This document shows, one piece after another, positions 26,972 to 37,124 of a DNA stretch of 64,000 nt. The notes under the pieces are model-generated. The model was not told where the DNA came from and made no database searches. It saw nothing but the letters and a program-made list of their open reading frames with translations. How positions within the stretch are numbered: position 1 is the first letter of the stretch; every line of letters begins with the position of its first letter. The stretch is from Candidatus Woesearchaeota archaeon (lineage in GTDB: Archaea; Nanobdellota; Nanobdellia; SCGC-AAA011-G17; GW2011-AR18): NCBI GenBank assembly GCA_964497265.1, contig CAZCCK010000002.1:20614-84613 (forward strand), given 5' to 3'. The translations under genes were made by a program, and so were the position numbers.

Positions 26972-27596
26972 AAGTAGTATGTACATTTAAAAAATCAGGA
27001 AGTCTTAATTTTCCGAAAATCTTGGCGTATCTTTTGTTAAGAGAAAGAAAATTACAGGTAGAGTATTTTTTTTGGATGGAAAATCCAGTTTTTAAAAAGA
27101 GAGCGCGATAATTCTTTTCCCTCCATTCAAAGAGTTCGTAAAAGAGAGAGTGTTTATGGGGATGGCCGTGAGTGAAGAAGCGTAAAGGATGTTTTAAAAA
27201 AGCTAAAGGATTTTTGAAAGGTTTTATCCAGACGCTAGGGCTAAGGAAGTAGGAAAAATACCACAAAGGACGAGGAATACTAAGGATGATTTTTCCCTGG
27301 AAAGAAAGACAGCGTTTCATTTCTTGGAGATAAAGCTCTGGGTTTTCGACATGTTCAAGAACGAAGTTAGATAAGAATACGTCTATAGCGTGGTCTTTGA
27401 AAGGAAGTTTTTTCCCATCTGTTAATAGATCCAGGGAAGGGTGGTAGTTGAGGTCAAGCCCATAGATTTTTGGGCCATAGGATTGTTTGAATTCGTTTCT
27501 ACCGCAACCATTATCGATGATTATTCCAGAGGGAGGAAGGAGTGTTGCAATAAAAGGATAGGAAGGATTATTTTCTTGCATCATTTTAAGCTGCAT
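26931..27596 (-). CDS. Class I SAM-dependent methyltransferase (Methyltransf_11-like)
   Basis: Motif I IIDNGCGRNEF. Motif II/III region DVFLSNFVLEHVENP. Confidence 0.7.
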   Translation of the reverse strand: MQLKMMQENNPSYPFIATLLPPSGIIIDNGCGRNEFKQSYGPKIYGLDLNYHPSLDLLTDGKKLPFKDHAIDVFLSNFVLEHVENPELYLQEMKRCLSFQGKIILSIPRPLWYFSYFLSPSVWIKPFKNPLAFLKHPLRFFTHGHPHKHSLFYELFEWREKNYRALFLKTGFSIQKKYSTCNFLSLNKRYAKIFGKLRLPDFLNVHTTFILRPNPSLAQTT

Positions 27597-28483
27597 TTAA
27601 GGACAACGGTTCTTGCAAATTTGTTTTGGGTGACTTTATTAAGCAAGTTATCCAAAGGATAGTTAAACGTTAATTTGCTCATTGCAGAATAAACCAAAGG
27701 ATTTGTGGTTTTGATGGGTCGAAATAAGCTACCTTTTATTTTTCTTATTTTAAATCCTTCTTCTTCCAGAAGAGAGATAAGTTCAGAAATGGGGTATTCT
27801 TTATGCCAAACGCGATAATATTTCTGGTCTGCAAGAAGTTGGGATTGATCTTGGGTTTCAAAAGTTTTCTCACCTTGTTTTTGAATGTACCAGACGTTTC
27901 CGTTTTTATTAAAGTAGGGAAGAGGAACAGAAAAGATGATTCTCGTTTTTTCTGTACAAAGGTTTTTTACTTTTCTTAAAAAAGGTTTTGGATCAACGAG
28001 GTGTTCGAGAATTTCTGTTGCGAGGATATAGTTTGGTTTGCTAAAACCTCCAAGTTCTTTCTCATCTATTTTTTCCACATCTAAAACTTTAAAGGCTATT
28101 CTTTTGCTATCGACTTTTTTAGAAAGTTCTGTTGCAAGTCTGATCTGTTTATGAGAGATGTCTATTCCTAGAACTGTCGAGTTTTTAATTTTCTTGAGGA
28201 TATAAAAGTCGTAAAGACCTATTCCGCAACCAAGGTCAAGAATGACTGTTTCTTCTTTTTTAGGTTTGATAAGCGCAATTGTTGCTTTCATGCGCGCTTT
28301 GAAAGAAGAATCCTTGGGAGTGAGAGTTGGATCTATATCTTCTGCTCGTTGAGCTTCCCATGCTTCCTGATAGAATTCTTCTAATTCTTGTTTAGTGGGT
28401 ATTTCTCCTTGAGAAGATTCTTGTGAGCCTAGAGGTTTTGAGGGATTGTCTTGTTGTATAATCGTTTTTGCTCTTTTTGCCAT
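27581..28483 (-). CDS. Class I SAM-dependent methyltransferase
   Basis: VILDLGCGIGLYD (motif I), VLGIDIS, YILATEILEHLVDP. Confidence 0.75.
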   Translation of the reverse strand: MAKRAKTIIQQDNPSKPLGSQESSQGEIPTKQELEEFYQEAWEAQRAEDIDPTLTPKDSSFKARMKATIALIKPKKEETVILDLGCGIGLYDFYILKKIKNSTVLGIDISHKQIRLATELSKKVDSKRIAFKVLDVEKIDEKELGGFSKPNYILATEILEHLVDPKPFLRKVKNLCTEKTRIIFSVPLPYFNKNGNVWYIQKQGEKTFETQDQSQLLADQKYYRVWHKEYPISELISLLEEEGFKIRKIKGSLFRPIKTTNPLVYSAMSKLTFNYPLDNLLNKVTQNKFARTVVLKCSLK

Positions 28484-28563
28484 TATTGGAGGGAGAGAGG
28501 GTCGTTTTATTAGCTTTACTGTTTTTTAGAAAGGTTTAAAAGGAATTTAGAGTGACAGCAAGT

Positions 28564-29643
28564 ATGAAAATCGCGGTTGTAGGCGGTGGAATTTTTGGGG
28601 TGACAATAGCGTGGATGCTTGCAAAGGAAAAGCAGTCTGTAGATCTCTACGAAAAGAATAAGGATATTCTTTCTGCAGCCTCGGGAATTAATCAGTATCG
28701 GCTTCATAGAGGTTACCATTATCCTCGAAGCGAAGAAACAACGTTTTTTGCGCTTGCAGGGGAACCTAGTTTTAGAAGAGAGTACAAAGACGCTCTTATT
28801 GAACAAGCAGAGCATTATTATTGTATTGCTAAAGAAAAAACATTAACAACTGCTGAGCAATGTTTAAAGACATGGAAGAAGTTAGGTTTAGTTCATGAAA
28901 AAAAAGAATTGCCGATCATTAATTCAGATAAGATTGAAGTTTCTGTGAAAGTAAAGGAAAGTTTGATTGATCCAGCAAAACTAAAAGAGGTTTGTTGGGA
29001 GAAGTTAAAAGAAAATAAAGTGAATGTTTTGCTTAATCATGAAGCGACTGAGGAGATAATTCCAAAGTACGATCTTGTCATTCTTGCTACGTATAGCCAA
29101 AATAATCAATTTTTAGGAAAGTTCCCTCATGCAAAAAAGAAGTATCAGTTTGAACTTTGTGAAAAGCCAGTATTGAAGCTTCCAGATTCTTTTAAGGATA
29201 AAAGTGTTGTTGTTTTAGACGGCCCATTTATGTGTATTGATCCGTTCGGAAGTACAGGCTTATTTGTTATGGGACATGTGGAGCATTGTATTCATAACAG
29301 AAACATCGGAGAGTTACCTCAGATTCCTCCAGAGTATAAAGAGTTATTAAACAAGGGAGTGATTAAAAATCCACCAATCACGCATATTAAAGAGTTCTTA
29401 GAAGCTGCTGAAGAATTTTTTCCCCAAATAAAAGAAGCAGAGCATGTAGGTTCAATGTTTACAATAAGAACAGTACTTCCTTATAGAGAGAAGGATGATG
29501 CCAGGCCTACGATTTTAGAGAAGATAAACAACAATGTATTTGCAGTTTTTTCTGGAAAGCTAGGAACAGCGGTACATGTTGCGGAAGAGGTGGTTGCTTT
29601 AGTAAAAGAGATGAAAGAGATTGAGAATGTTTCTATGGAGTAA
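28564..29643 (+). CDS. FAD/NAD(P)-binding oxidoreductase (DAO/glycine-oxidase-like fold)
   Basis: N-terminal dinucleotide-binding motif KIAVVGGGIFGVTIAWMLA. The track start 28552 is GTG; ATG at 28564. Confidence 0.55.
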   Translation: MKIAVVGGGIFGVTIAWMLAKEKQSVDLYEKNKDILSAASGINQYRLHRGYHYPRSEETTFFALAGEPSFRREYKDALIEQAEHYYCIAKEKTLTTAEQCLKTWKKLGLVHEKKELPIINSDKIEVSVKVKESLIDPAKLKEVCWEKLKENKVNVLLNHEATEEIIPKYDLVILATYSQNNQFLGKFPHAKKKYQFELCEKPVLKLPDSFKDKSVVVLDGPFMCIDPFGSTGLFVMGHVEHCIHNRNIGELPQIPPEYKELLNKGVIKNPPITHIKEFLEAAEEFFPQIKEAEHVGSMFTIRTVLPYREKDDARPTILEKINNNVFAVFSGKLGTAVHVAEEVVALVKEMKEIENVSME

Positions 29644-30805
29644 GAAGGGTTGCGTAGAGTGCTTCAATTTTAACAACCATTTTTTCAGGACTAAACTCTT
29701 TGGACTTGAGTTTGGCGGCGTGTCCCATTTTAGTTCTTAAGGTTGGATTGTCAATAAGGAGTTGTATTCTTTCTTCCCAAAGTTGAGTGTTTGAAGGATC
29801 GATTAAGAAACCTGTTTTGTCATCTTCTACAGCGTCAACAGTACCTCCACGGTTAGAAGCAATGATTGGTTTTCCCATGAACATACATTCTAGGGGAATT
29901 CCACTAAATGGTTCTGACCAGATAGAAGGGAATACAACAATATCAGTCATAGAATAGATTGACCATGTTTTATCATGAGGAACTCTGCCTAAGAGTTTGA
30001 AACGGTCAAGGTTATTTTTCTGGATGAATTCTTGAACAGTTGGATAAAGTGGTCCGTCTCCAACCATAAGGAAATGAACATTTTTATTTTTTTGCACAAT
30101 ATTTTTCATGATTTCTATGATCATAGTAATTCCTTTAGTTGGGAAAAAGCTACCGAAAAACGTGATGGTAAGTTCGTTTTTAGGTTTTGCGGTGGTTTCT
30201 ACGTCTTGGGGAAGATGGCGAGAGTTGTGAAGGACATAGACGTTTTTAGTTACTCCAATTTGAGCAAGTTTTTGAGTGACTGAAGAGCTTATACCGATTT
30301 TAAGATTTGCTTCTTCTAAAGTTTTTCTTGATGCCCTTAAATAAAGAAGTTTGTAAAAATCCCAAGGAATACGATAAAGAGAAGAGCTGCATTGGGAAAG
30401 ATCTTTTATCGGGCAACTAGAGCATTCTTTAAGATCGTTTCTTAAGCAAGTACTTTTGGGACATGCGAACCAATAATCTCTAAAATGGACAACCGATTTT
30501 ATGCCTGTTTCTTGAGCGGCTTTGATTGAAGCAATGCTTGTGAGTCGATCTTGGGCATGGATGATTTGAATGTTTTTTTCTTTAATGATTTTTTTTAGGA
30601 AATGTTTAAGGTAGAGTGTGTGGATTGGATAAAAAGGAATTTTTTTATAGGTCCTAAAGAGAAAGGTTTCTATTCCCGGATAATTCCCGGTAGAAGCGAT
30701 GAAGATGTTATGTCCGCGAGTTTTAAGTTCTTGTGCTAAAGTGAGAGTGCTTACTTCTGCTCCCCCTAGTCCTAGAGGAGAGTAAACAACGAAGAGTATG
30801 TTCAT
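29633..30805 (-). CDS. GT4 family glycosyltransferase with a Cys-rich insertion
   Basis: MNILFVVYSPLGLGGAEV... C-terminal FPSIWSEPFSGIPLECMFMGKPIIASNRGG. Insertion WFACPKSTCLRNDLKECSSCPIKDLSQCSS within the N-terminal domain. Confidence 0.8.
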   Translation of the reverse strand: MNILFVVYSPLGLGGAEVSTLTLAQELKTRGHNIFIASTGNYPGIETFLFRTYKKIPFYPIHTLYLKHFLKKIIKEKNIQIIHAQDRLTSIASIKAAQETGIKSVVHFRDYWFACPKSTCLRNDLKECSSCPIKDLSQCSSSLYRIPWDFYKLLYLRASRKTLEEANLKIGISSSVTQKLAQIGVTKNVYVLHNSRHLPQDVETTAKPKNELTITFFGSFFPTKGITMIIEIMKNIVQKNKNVHFLMVGDGPLYPTVQEFIQKNNLDRFKLLGRVPHDKTWSIYSMTDIVVFPSIWSEPFSGIPLECMFMGKPIIASNRGGTVDAVEDDKTGFLIDPSNTQLWEERIQLLIDNPTLRTKMGHAAKLKSKEFSPEKMVVKIEALYATLLTP

Positions 30806-30855
30806 AAAGGTAGTTTTAAAGGAAGTTATTTAAAGTTATTGCCTATGGCCCAAGG

Positions 30856-31974
30856 ATGAGAATTGGTTTTATTACGACCTATTTTTATCCCGTCTTAGGT
30901 GGAGCTGAAACAAACTGTTTTTATCTTGCTAGAGAGCTTGCTAAAAAACATGAAGTGCATGTTTTTACTTCTACAACAGGTGCTAAAGAGGAGGAAACAA
31001 TCGAGAATATTCATATTCATCGTTCAAAAACTTTTTTTAGATTCGGGTATTATGCCGCGCTCTATCCTTCTTTAATGAAAAATTTATTGAGGTATCAGTT
31101 AGAGATTGTTCACGTTCATTCTTTTGGTTTTCTATGGCATGATATTTGTTTATTGATTAAGAAACTGCAATCTCCAAAAACCAAGTTTGTTATTACCCCT
31201 CACGGCCCATTTATGGCCTTGAACAATTATCGGAGTTGGAAGAGGATTTTAAAGTTTGCAGTCAATGTGTTAGAGTATTTTCCAAATAAAATGTATGATC
31301 GGGTTATTGAGGTGAATCCTGCTCAGAGAAAATGGTTGCCCAAATACGGTTTTAAAAAAGAAAATATTATTTTTATACCGAATGGTATTCCGCAAGAGTT
31401 CACAAAGAAGAAAGGAAGGTTAAATCTCCTTTCAGGAAGAGTGGTGGTAAGTTATGTTGGAAGAGTGCAGCGCTATAAGGGATTAGATCAAGTGATTTCA
31501 GTGCTTCCAGAGCTAATTAAAATCGAGCCAAAGTTGTTGTTTGTAATGGCGGGCCATCCAGAGGAGATGGATGGGTTAGTAAGATTAGCGAAGGAGAAAG
31601 GGGTGGGAGAGCACGTTCTTTTTTTAGGAAAAATTCCTGAAAGAGAAAAAGAGGAGCTTTTGGAAAGTTCAAGAATATTTGTTTTTCCAAGTAAGTGGGA
31701 GGCGTTCGGAATTGTAGTGTTAGAAGCGATGGCTAAAGGCGTTCCAATCGTTTCTACAAAAACTGAAGGAGGGAAATTTTTGATTGAAGAGGGCAAGAAT
31801 GGTTTTCTCTTTGATTATGGGGATCATGCGGTATTGAGAAATATTTTAATAAGATTACTAACGGACAAGAAGATAAGAAAAGAAATTTCTGAAAAGAATC
31901 GTCAAAAGGCTAAAAGATTTGTGTGGGAAAAAATTGCTCAAGATTTAGAAGAAGAGTATAGGCGGATCTTATGA
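30856..31974 (+). CDS. GT4 family glycosyltransferase
   Basis: MRIGFITTYFYPVLGGAETN... FPSKWEAFGIVVLEAMAKGVPIVST. Confidence 0.85.
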   Translation: MRIGFITTYFYPVLGGAETNCFYLARELAKKHEVHVFTSTTGAKEEETIENIHIHRSKTFFRFGYYAALYPSLMKNLLRYQLEIVHVHSFGFLWHDICLLIKKLQSPKTKFVITPHGPFMALNNYRSWKRILKFAVNVLEYFPNKMYDRVIEVNPAQRKWLPKYGFKKENIIFIPNGIPQEFTKKKGRLNLLSGRVVVSYVGRVQRYKGLDQVISVLPELIKIEPKLLFVMAGHPEEMDGLVRLAKEKGVGEHVLFLGKIPEREKEELLESSRIFVFPSKWEAFGIVVLEAMAKGVPIVSTKTEGGKFLIEEGKNGFLFDYGDHAVLRNILIRLLTDKKIRKEISEKNRQKAKRFVWEKIAQDLEEEYRRIL

Positions 31975-33089
31975 AGATTGTTTTTGTTTCTCCCTTTTTT
32001 TATCCGGTGCAAGGAGGTATGGAAAATCACGTATATCATCTTGCTGATCAGCTTATTAAAAAAGGGCACGAGGTAGAAGTGTTTACTTCGAATTTGTCTC
32101 GTGATGGAAAGATAAAAGAAAAAGAAGCGCAGATTAGCGGAATTAAGGTTAAAAGATTTAAGGCGTGGTTTAAGTTAGGGCAATTTGCTTCTTTTTTTCC
32201 AGCAGTATTTAGTGCGATTAAAAAATCAAATGCGGATATTATTCATGTGCATAATTATAGACATCCAATTAATCTTGCTCCTTTATTGACCAAAAAGCCT
32301 TGTCTTATTACGTTGCATTGGCCTGAGTATCCAGCAGGGTTAAGAGTGAGGAAGATGGATATTTTTGCTAGGAATTTTGATAGGTTTTTAGGTCCGTTTT
32401 TGCTTAAGAGATATAAGCGCGTGTGTGCGGTTTCACAAAATGAGATTGCATTTATTCAGAATTTGGGTGTTTCAAAAGAAAGAATCGTGCTTATTCCTAA
32501 CGGGATTCCTCAAAGTTTTTTAGCTAAGGAAGAAAAAAGAAGTTTTAGAGTAAAATATGGTTTTAAAGAAAATGATTTTATAGTTTTAGCGCTATCGAGA
32601 ATTCATAAAAGTAAAGGCTTTGATAAAATTATAAGGCTGGCTGAGAAATTTCCGCATGTAAAGTTTGTTATTGCTGGGAAAGACGAGGGTTTTAAAAAAG
32701 AATTAGAGCAATTAAAAGAAAAATTAAAGGTAAATAATGTTTTCTTTATAGGCGAGGTTTCAGAAGAAGATAAAAGAAAGGCTTTTGCTAGTTGCGATTT
32801 ATTTATTCATCCAACAAAGTTTGAAGCTTTCGGCATTGTTGTTCTTGAGGCTATGGCCCAGGGAAAACCAATCATCGCTTCGAATGTGGGTGGTCTGTCT
32901 TATGTGGTTTCGGATGCGGGGATTTTATTTCAAGAGAGGGATTTAAAAGATCTAGAAGACAAATTTAAAAGAGTCTTGTATAGTTCTGCTTTGAGAAAGA
33001 AGTTATCAGAGAAAGCGGTTGAGAGGGCTTCAAAGTTTACGTGGGAAAAGATTGCGGATAATTTAGAAAGGGTGTATAAAGAACTATGA
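31971..33089 (+). CDS. GT4 family glycosyltransferase (tandem paralog of the previous gene, same length)
   Basis: MKIVFVSPFFYPVQGGMENH... HPTKFEAFGIVVLEAMAQGKPIIAS. ATGA overlap with the upstream gene. Confidence 0.85.
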   Translation: MKIVFVSPFFYPVQGGMENHVYHLADQLIKKGHEVEVFTSNLSRDGKIKEKEAQISGIKVKRFKAWFKLGQFASFFPAVFSAIKKSNADIIHVHNYRHPINLAPLLTKKPCLITLHWPEYPAGLRVRKMDIFARNFDRFLGPFLLKRYKRVCAVSQNEIAFIQNLGVSKERIVLIPNGIPQSFLAKEEKRSFRVKYGFKENDFIVLALSRIHKSKGFDKIIRLAEKFPHVKFVIAGKDEGFKKELEQLKEKLKVNNVFFIGEVSEEDKRKAFASCDLFIHPTKFEAFGIVVLEAMAQGKPIIASNVGGLSYVVSDAGILFQERDLKDLEDKFKRVLYSSALRKKLSEKAVERASKFTWEKIADNLERVYKEL

Positions 33090-33958
33090 AAGTTTCAGTT
33101 ATAATTACTACGTTTAAAGAAGCAGGAACTATTCGCAAGGCAGTGGAGTCTTTTCTTAGTCAAAAGTTACCTAAAAGTACAGAGGTGGTGGTTGTTTCTC
33201 CAGATAGAGAGACTAAAGATGTCCTTAAAGATTTAATTCAAAAGAAAAAGATAGTGTATTTGCAGGATGAGGGAAAAGGAAAACCTGCTGCGTTAAATAA
33301 GGTTTTCAAAGAGATTAAAAGCGATATTCTGATTTTAACAGATGGAGATGTTTTTGTTGATCAAAGGGCAGTAGAAGAAATTCTTAAACCTTTTAAAGAG
33401 GAACAGGTAGGTTTAGTTTCTGCTAGGCCTTTTTCTTTAGAATCTAAGGAGACAATGTTAGGTTTTTGGTCGTATGTATTGACTGATATTGCCCATCGAA
33501 TTAGATTAAGATCTCGTTTTATTGTTGGTTCTGGATATTTAATGGCTTTTAGAAAAAGTTTAATTAAAGAACTACCAAAGGAAGCGTTGGCAGATGATGC
33601 GGTTATTTCGCATATTATTTTTGATGAGGGTTTCAAAACAGTATATATGCCTACAGCTAAAGTGTTTGTGAAATATCCTACGACTTTTAAGGATTGGATT
33701 AAGCAAAAGAAGAGAAGCGCGGGAGGATATTTGCAGTTAAAAAGGTATACAAAAGGAAATCAAAGAATGCGGTCGTTTTCTAAAGAGTCAAGCGGAATTT
33801 GGATGCTTATCAAGTATATGGATTCGTTTAAAAGAGTTTTTTTCTTGTTCTTATTAGTGTTAGCAAGAATTTATTTGTGGTTAGTGATCTTAATAGATTT
33901 AAAGATTAAAAGAAAGTCTTTTAAAGAGATTTGGGTTCGTGTAGATAGCACCAAATGA
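33086..33958 (+). CDS. GT2 family glycosyltransferase with a C-terminal membrane anchor
   Basis: VSVIITTFKEAG...TDGDVFVD (DxD). C-terminal TM segment. ATGA overlap. Confidence 0.75.
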   Translation: MKVSVIITTFKEAGTIRKAVESFLSQKLPKSTEVVVVSPDRETKDVLKDLIQKKKIVYLQDEGKGKPAALNKVFKEIKSDILILTDGDVFVDQRAVEEILKPFKEEQVGLVSARPFSLESKETMLGFWSYVLTDIAHRIRLRSRFIVGSGYLMAFRKSLIKELPKEALADDAVISHIIFDEGFKTVYMPTAKVFVKYPTTFKDWIKQKKRSAGGYLQLKRYTKGNQRMRSFSKESSGIWMLIKYMDSFKRVFFLFLLVLARIYLWLVILIDLKIKRKSFKEIWVRVDSTK

Positions 33959-35427
33959 ACGAAAAGCTCAAAGTGTGGTTTAAGGATTGGCATAATCGTA
34001 TTTTTATTCTAGTTTTTCTTCTGGCGTTAGGTATTCGTTTATACTATCTACATGTAAATTCTGCGGTCTGGTGGGATGAAGCGGATTATTTGAGTTCTGC
34101 CAAGCACTGGTTTTTTAATGTTCCGTATAATTATAATCCTCAGAGAGGAATCCTGTTTCCTTTATTAATCGGAATCTTGTTCAAGTTAGGGTTTTCTGAA
34201 ACGTTAACGAGGATTTTTGTGGTTTTACTTCCTTCATTAGGGGTTGTTGTTTTAACGTATTTATTAGGAAAGCAGATGTATAATAAAAACGTGGGTCTTA
34301 TTGCTTCTTCGATAATGAGTGTGTTTTGGGTATCTTTATTTTGGACGAACAGATTTAGTAATGATTTTTTAGCGTTCTTTTTCCAATTGCTTGCGCTTTA
34401 TTGTTTTTGGATGGGCGTTGTAAAGAATCACTCAAAATATTTTACGTGGTTGTTTGGTTTGTTTTTGGGACTAGGTTTTATTACAAGAGCGCAGTCGATT
34501 TTGATTGGAGGGAGTTTGTTTTTATTTTTAGTGATAGTTCAAAGATTCAAGTTTTTAGCGAATAAGGATTTGTGGATTTCAGTTTTATTCTTTTTGATTC
34601 CGGTTCTTCCTTATTTAGGATGGTTATGGATAAATTTTAAAACACCTTTAGCGTTTAGTACAGGGTATTCTTCTCAAGTGGCGTCTAACGCTCCGTTTGC
34701 GTGGGCAATATTACAATTTATTTATCAGTTTTCTGCGAAGTATTTGTTTATTCTTTTTTTGATAGGGTTGGCTAGTCTTGCGGATTTATTGTTTGGTTTA
34801 GATCTTATTTTCAAAAGAAAGGCTGAGGAAAAAGTTCAAGCTGATATTTTCTGGTTAATCGCAAGTTTAGTGACGCTAGCATTCTTTATTTTTTGGTTAA
34901 GAGGAGCTGAAGATAGGTGGGTTATTCTTTTATCTATCCCGATTTTTTTATTTGTAGGAAAAGGATGTATGCTTATTTATGAAGCGATTAAAAAGAAGAA
35001 TATTCACGTTGCAGCTTTGTTAGTTATGATTTTAGTGATAGCGGGGATGTATATTCAGTTTTCAGTAGCGCAAGAGATTATAGGTCAAAAGAAAGATACG
35101 TATAAAGAAGTGAAAGATGCTGCGTTATGGATGAAAGAACATACTACCGTTTCAGATAAACTTTATTCAGCGTCTGGTCCTCAAACAACGTATTATAGTG
35201 AAAGAGACGTATTAGGATTTCCAGGCACTGAAGCGGAGTTTCTCAGAGATATAAAAGAAAAGAAGCCTAAGTTTATGACTATTTCTGTATTCGAGCGGCA
35301 TCCAGATTGGGTCGCTAATTTTCCAAATAATCACCCAGCGCTTGTTATTCCAGTAAATGCGTGGTTCGCAGATAGTGCAAAAACACAACCATTATTAATT
35401 ATATTTGCTTTTAAAGCCTACGAGTGA
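33955..35427 (+). CDS. GT-C superfamily membrane glycosyltransferase (ArnT/PMT-like)
   Basis: About 12 TM helices. DE motif in the first loop (VWWDEADYLSSAKHWF). Coupled to the upstream GT2. Confidence 0.5.
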   Translation: MNEKLKVWFKDWHNRIFILVFLLALGIRLYYLHVNSAVWWDEADYLSSAKHWFFNVPYNYNPQRGILFPLLIGILFKLGFSETLTRIFVVLLPSLGVVVLTYLLGKQMYNKNVGLIASSIMSVFWVSLFWTNRFSNDFLAFFFQLLALYCFWMGVVKNHSKYFTWLFGLFLGLGFITRAQSILIGGSLFLFLVIVQRFKFLANKDLWISVLFFLIPVLPYLGWLWINFKTPLAFSTGYSSQVASNAPFAWAILQFIYQFSAKYLFILFLIGLASLADLLFGLDLIFKRKAEEKVQADIFWLIASLVTLAFFIFWLRGAEDRWVILLSIPIFLFVGKGCMLIYEAIKKKNIHVAALLVMILVIAGMYIQFSVAQEIIGQKKDTYKEVKDAALWMKEHTTVSDKLYSASGPQTTYYSERDVLGFPGTEAEFLRDIKEKKPKFMTISVFERHPDWVANFPNNHPALVIPVNAWFADSAKTQPLLIIFAFKAYE

Positions 35428-36570
35428 CTCAATTTCGGTAAGGAAAAGTTTCATTTGTTCTTCTTCTTTAAATTTTTCTACGCTTTTAGCAATTTTTATC
35501 TTATTGAATTTAGTTTGAAGGGCGAGAGCCATTTTTTCACTAAAGTCTTTATGGTTGTACGGACGAGCAAGATATCCTGTTAGTCCTTCAATAACTGTTT
35601 CGCTAGGTCCCGCATTATCTGCCCATGCAACGACAGGGCATCCACAGGCCATTGCCTCAACAGGGACTAAACCAAAGTCTTCTTCTGGCGCTGGAAAAGC
35701 AAATAAAGAGGCCTGATTATACAGCGCAATTAGATCTTGATCAGAGACGTATCCTAAGAATTTTATTCGGTGCATACATCCAGATCTGATTGCTAAATTT
35801 CTTAAGAGGTATTCATATTCTTTTCCTATTCTTCCTGCAATAACAAGTTCTATTTCTTTATTTTCTAGTAAAGCAAATGCTTCAATAAGCCAATCATATT
35901 TTTTGTCAGGGATAAGTCGTCCTGTACAAAAAATGAATTTTTTAAGATTATATTTTTCGAGAACATACTTCGTCTCTTCATTTTTTTTTAATGAAAAGTT
36001 TTTATAGAGCGTAGGATAAATAACAGTTGCATCAATCCCATAAATCTTTTCGATCCTTCTTTTGGTGTAATAGCTATTAACAAAGACTTTCTCTGCTGCC
36101 CGTACATATTTTTTGTCTAAAATTCTTAATAAAGGTCCAAGAGTAATGCCTGTAGCCATTGCAATTTTTCTTCCCAAATCAAAACCCCATTCTTTTATGC
36201 TACCTTTAAAATAAAGGAAGTTAGGGGGGTGATGCATATAGATCACATAAGGTGTTTTTTGTTTTTGTTTCATATGATAAGCTAAGCTACTGCAGATAAA
36301 ACTGTGACTTATAAAAAGGTCTGTATCTTTACTTTTTCTTAGGATACCTTTGTCTAAAAAGGAATACATTATTTTAAAAGTGTGGTTCTTCAAATTAAGT
36401 GAGTGTTCTCTTAATTCGATACCCTCAAATAATTTTAATAATCTTCGATTGAAAGTCGCAAATGAAACTCTAACGTTATGATTTTTAGCAAGATATTTGG
36501 CTTGTGTTGCCATAACTCGTTCTAATCCGCCTTCTTCTAAAAGATAATCATAAAGGAGAGTAATGTTCAT
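35395..36570 (-). CDS. GT4 family glycosyltransferase
   Basis: FPAPEEDFGLVPVEAMACGCPVVAWADNAGPSETV. Confidence 0.8.
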   Translation of the reverse strand: MNITLLYDYLLEEGGLERVMATQAKYLAKNHNVRVSFATFNRRLLKLFEGIELREHSLNLKNHTFKIMYSFLDKGILRKSKDTDLFISHSFICSSLAYHMKQKQKTPYVIYMHHPPNFLYFKGSIKEWGFDLGRKIAMATGITLGPLLRILDKKYVRAAEKVFVNSYYTKRRIEKIYGIDATVIYPTLYKNFSLKKNEETKYVLEKYNLKKFIFCTGRLIPDKKYDWLIEAFALLENKEIELVIAGRIGKEYEYLLRNLAIRSGCMHRIKFLGYVSDQDLIALYNQASLFAFPAPEEDFGLVPVEAMACGCPVVAWADNAGPSETVIEGLTGYLARPYNHKDFSEKMALALQTKFNKIKIAKSVEKFKEEEQMKLFLTEIESLVGFKSKYN

Positions 36571-37088
36571 TTGAGGACCTCAAGTTCAGCAATTACTTCT
36601 GAACAAGGAAAGATCCAGCAGAAGAATCTTTCATAGATTAAAGGAGTTAAATTAATTAATGGATTAAGGATCGGATTAAGGAAGGTAAAGTTCATTCGAG
36701 TAAAGTTTAGTTTTCGAAATTTAATTTTAAATTTTGGTGTTTCGTAGAAGGTTTTTGAGGTGAAATAATCAAAGGTGAAGTAAGAGAAAAATCTTTTATG
36801 GGTTGGGTCCCAGTAGCTGACGCCGCAAGAAAAGTGAGGTCCTCTAATAATGACTTTTCCTTTATTTTTGGTAATGCGATGGATTTCTTTCATAGTAAAG
36901 ATAAGGTCGTTAACGTGTTCTAGGACATGGCTGCAAAAGACTTCATCAAATTCATTATTTTTGAAAGGGAGTTTCTTATTTAGGTTTGAAATAACGTCTA
37001 CTCCGGGAAGGGAGAGTTCGTCTAAGTTTACCCATCCTTGGGAAGAAGGTTTGATGTCTTTGCCGCAACCGAGGTTAAGTCTTTTCAT
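36567..37088 (-). CDS. Class I SAM-dependent methyltransferase (Methyltransf_11-like)
   Basis: LNLGCGKD...FDEVFCSHVLEHV. Confidence 0.75.
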   Translation of the reverse strand: MKRLNLGCGKDIKPSSQGWVNLDELSLPGVDVISNLNKKLPFKNNEFDEVFCSHVLEHVNDLIFTMKEIHRITKNKGKVIIRGPHFSCGVSYWDPTHKRFFSYFTFDYFTSKTFYETPKFKIKFRKLNFTRMNFTFLNPILNPLINLTPLIYERFFCWIFPCSEVIAELEVLK

Positions 37089-37124
37089 TTTCTTAGATGA
37101 GATTAAGTAAATGTTTATAAAGTT

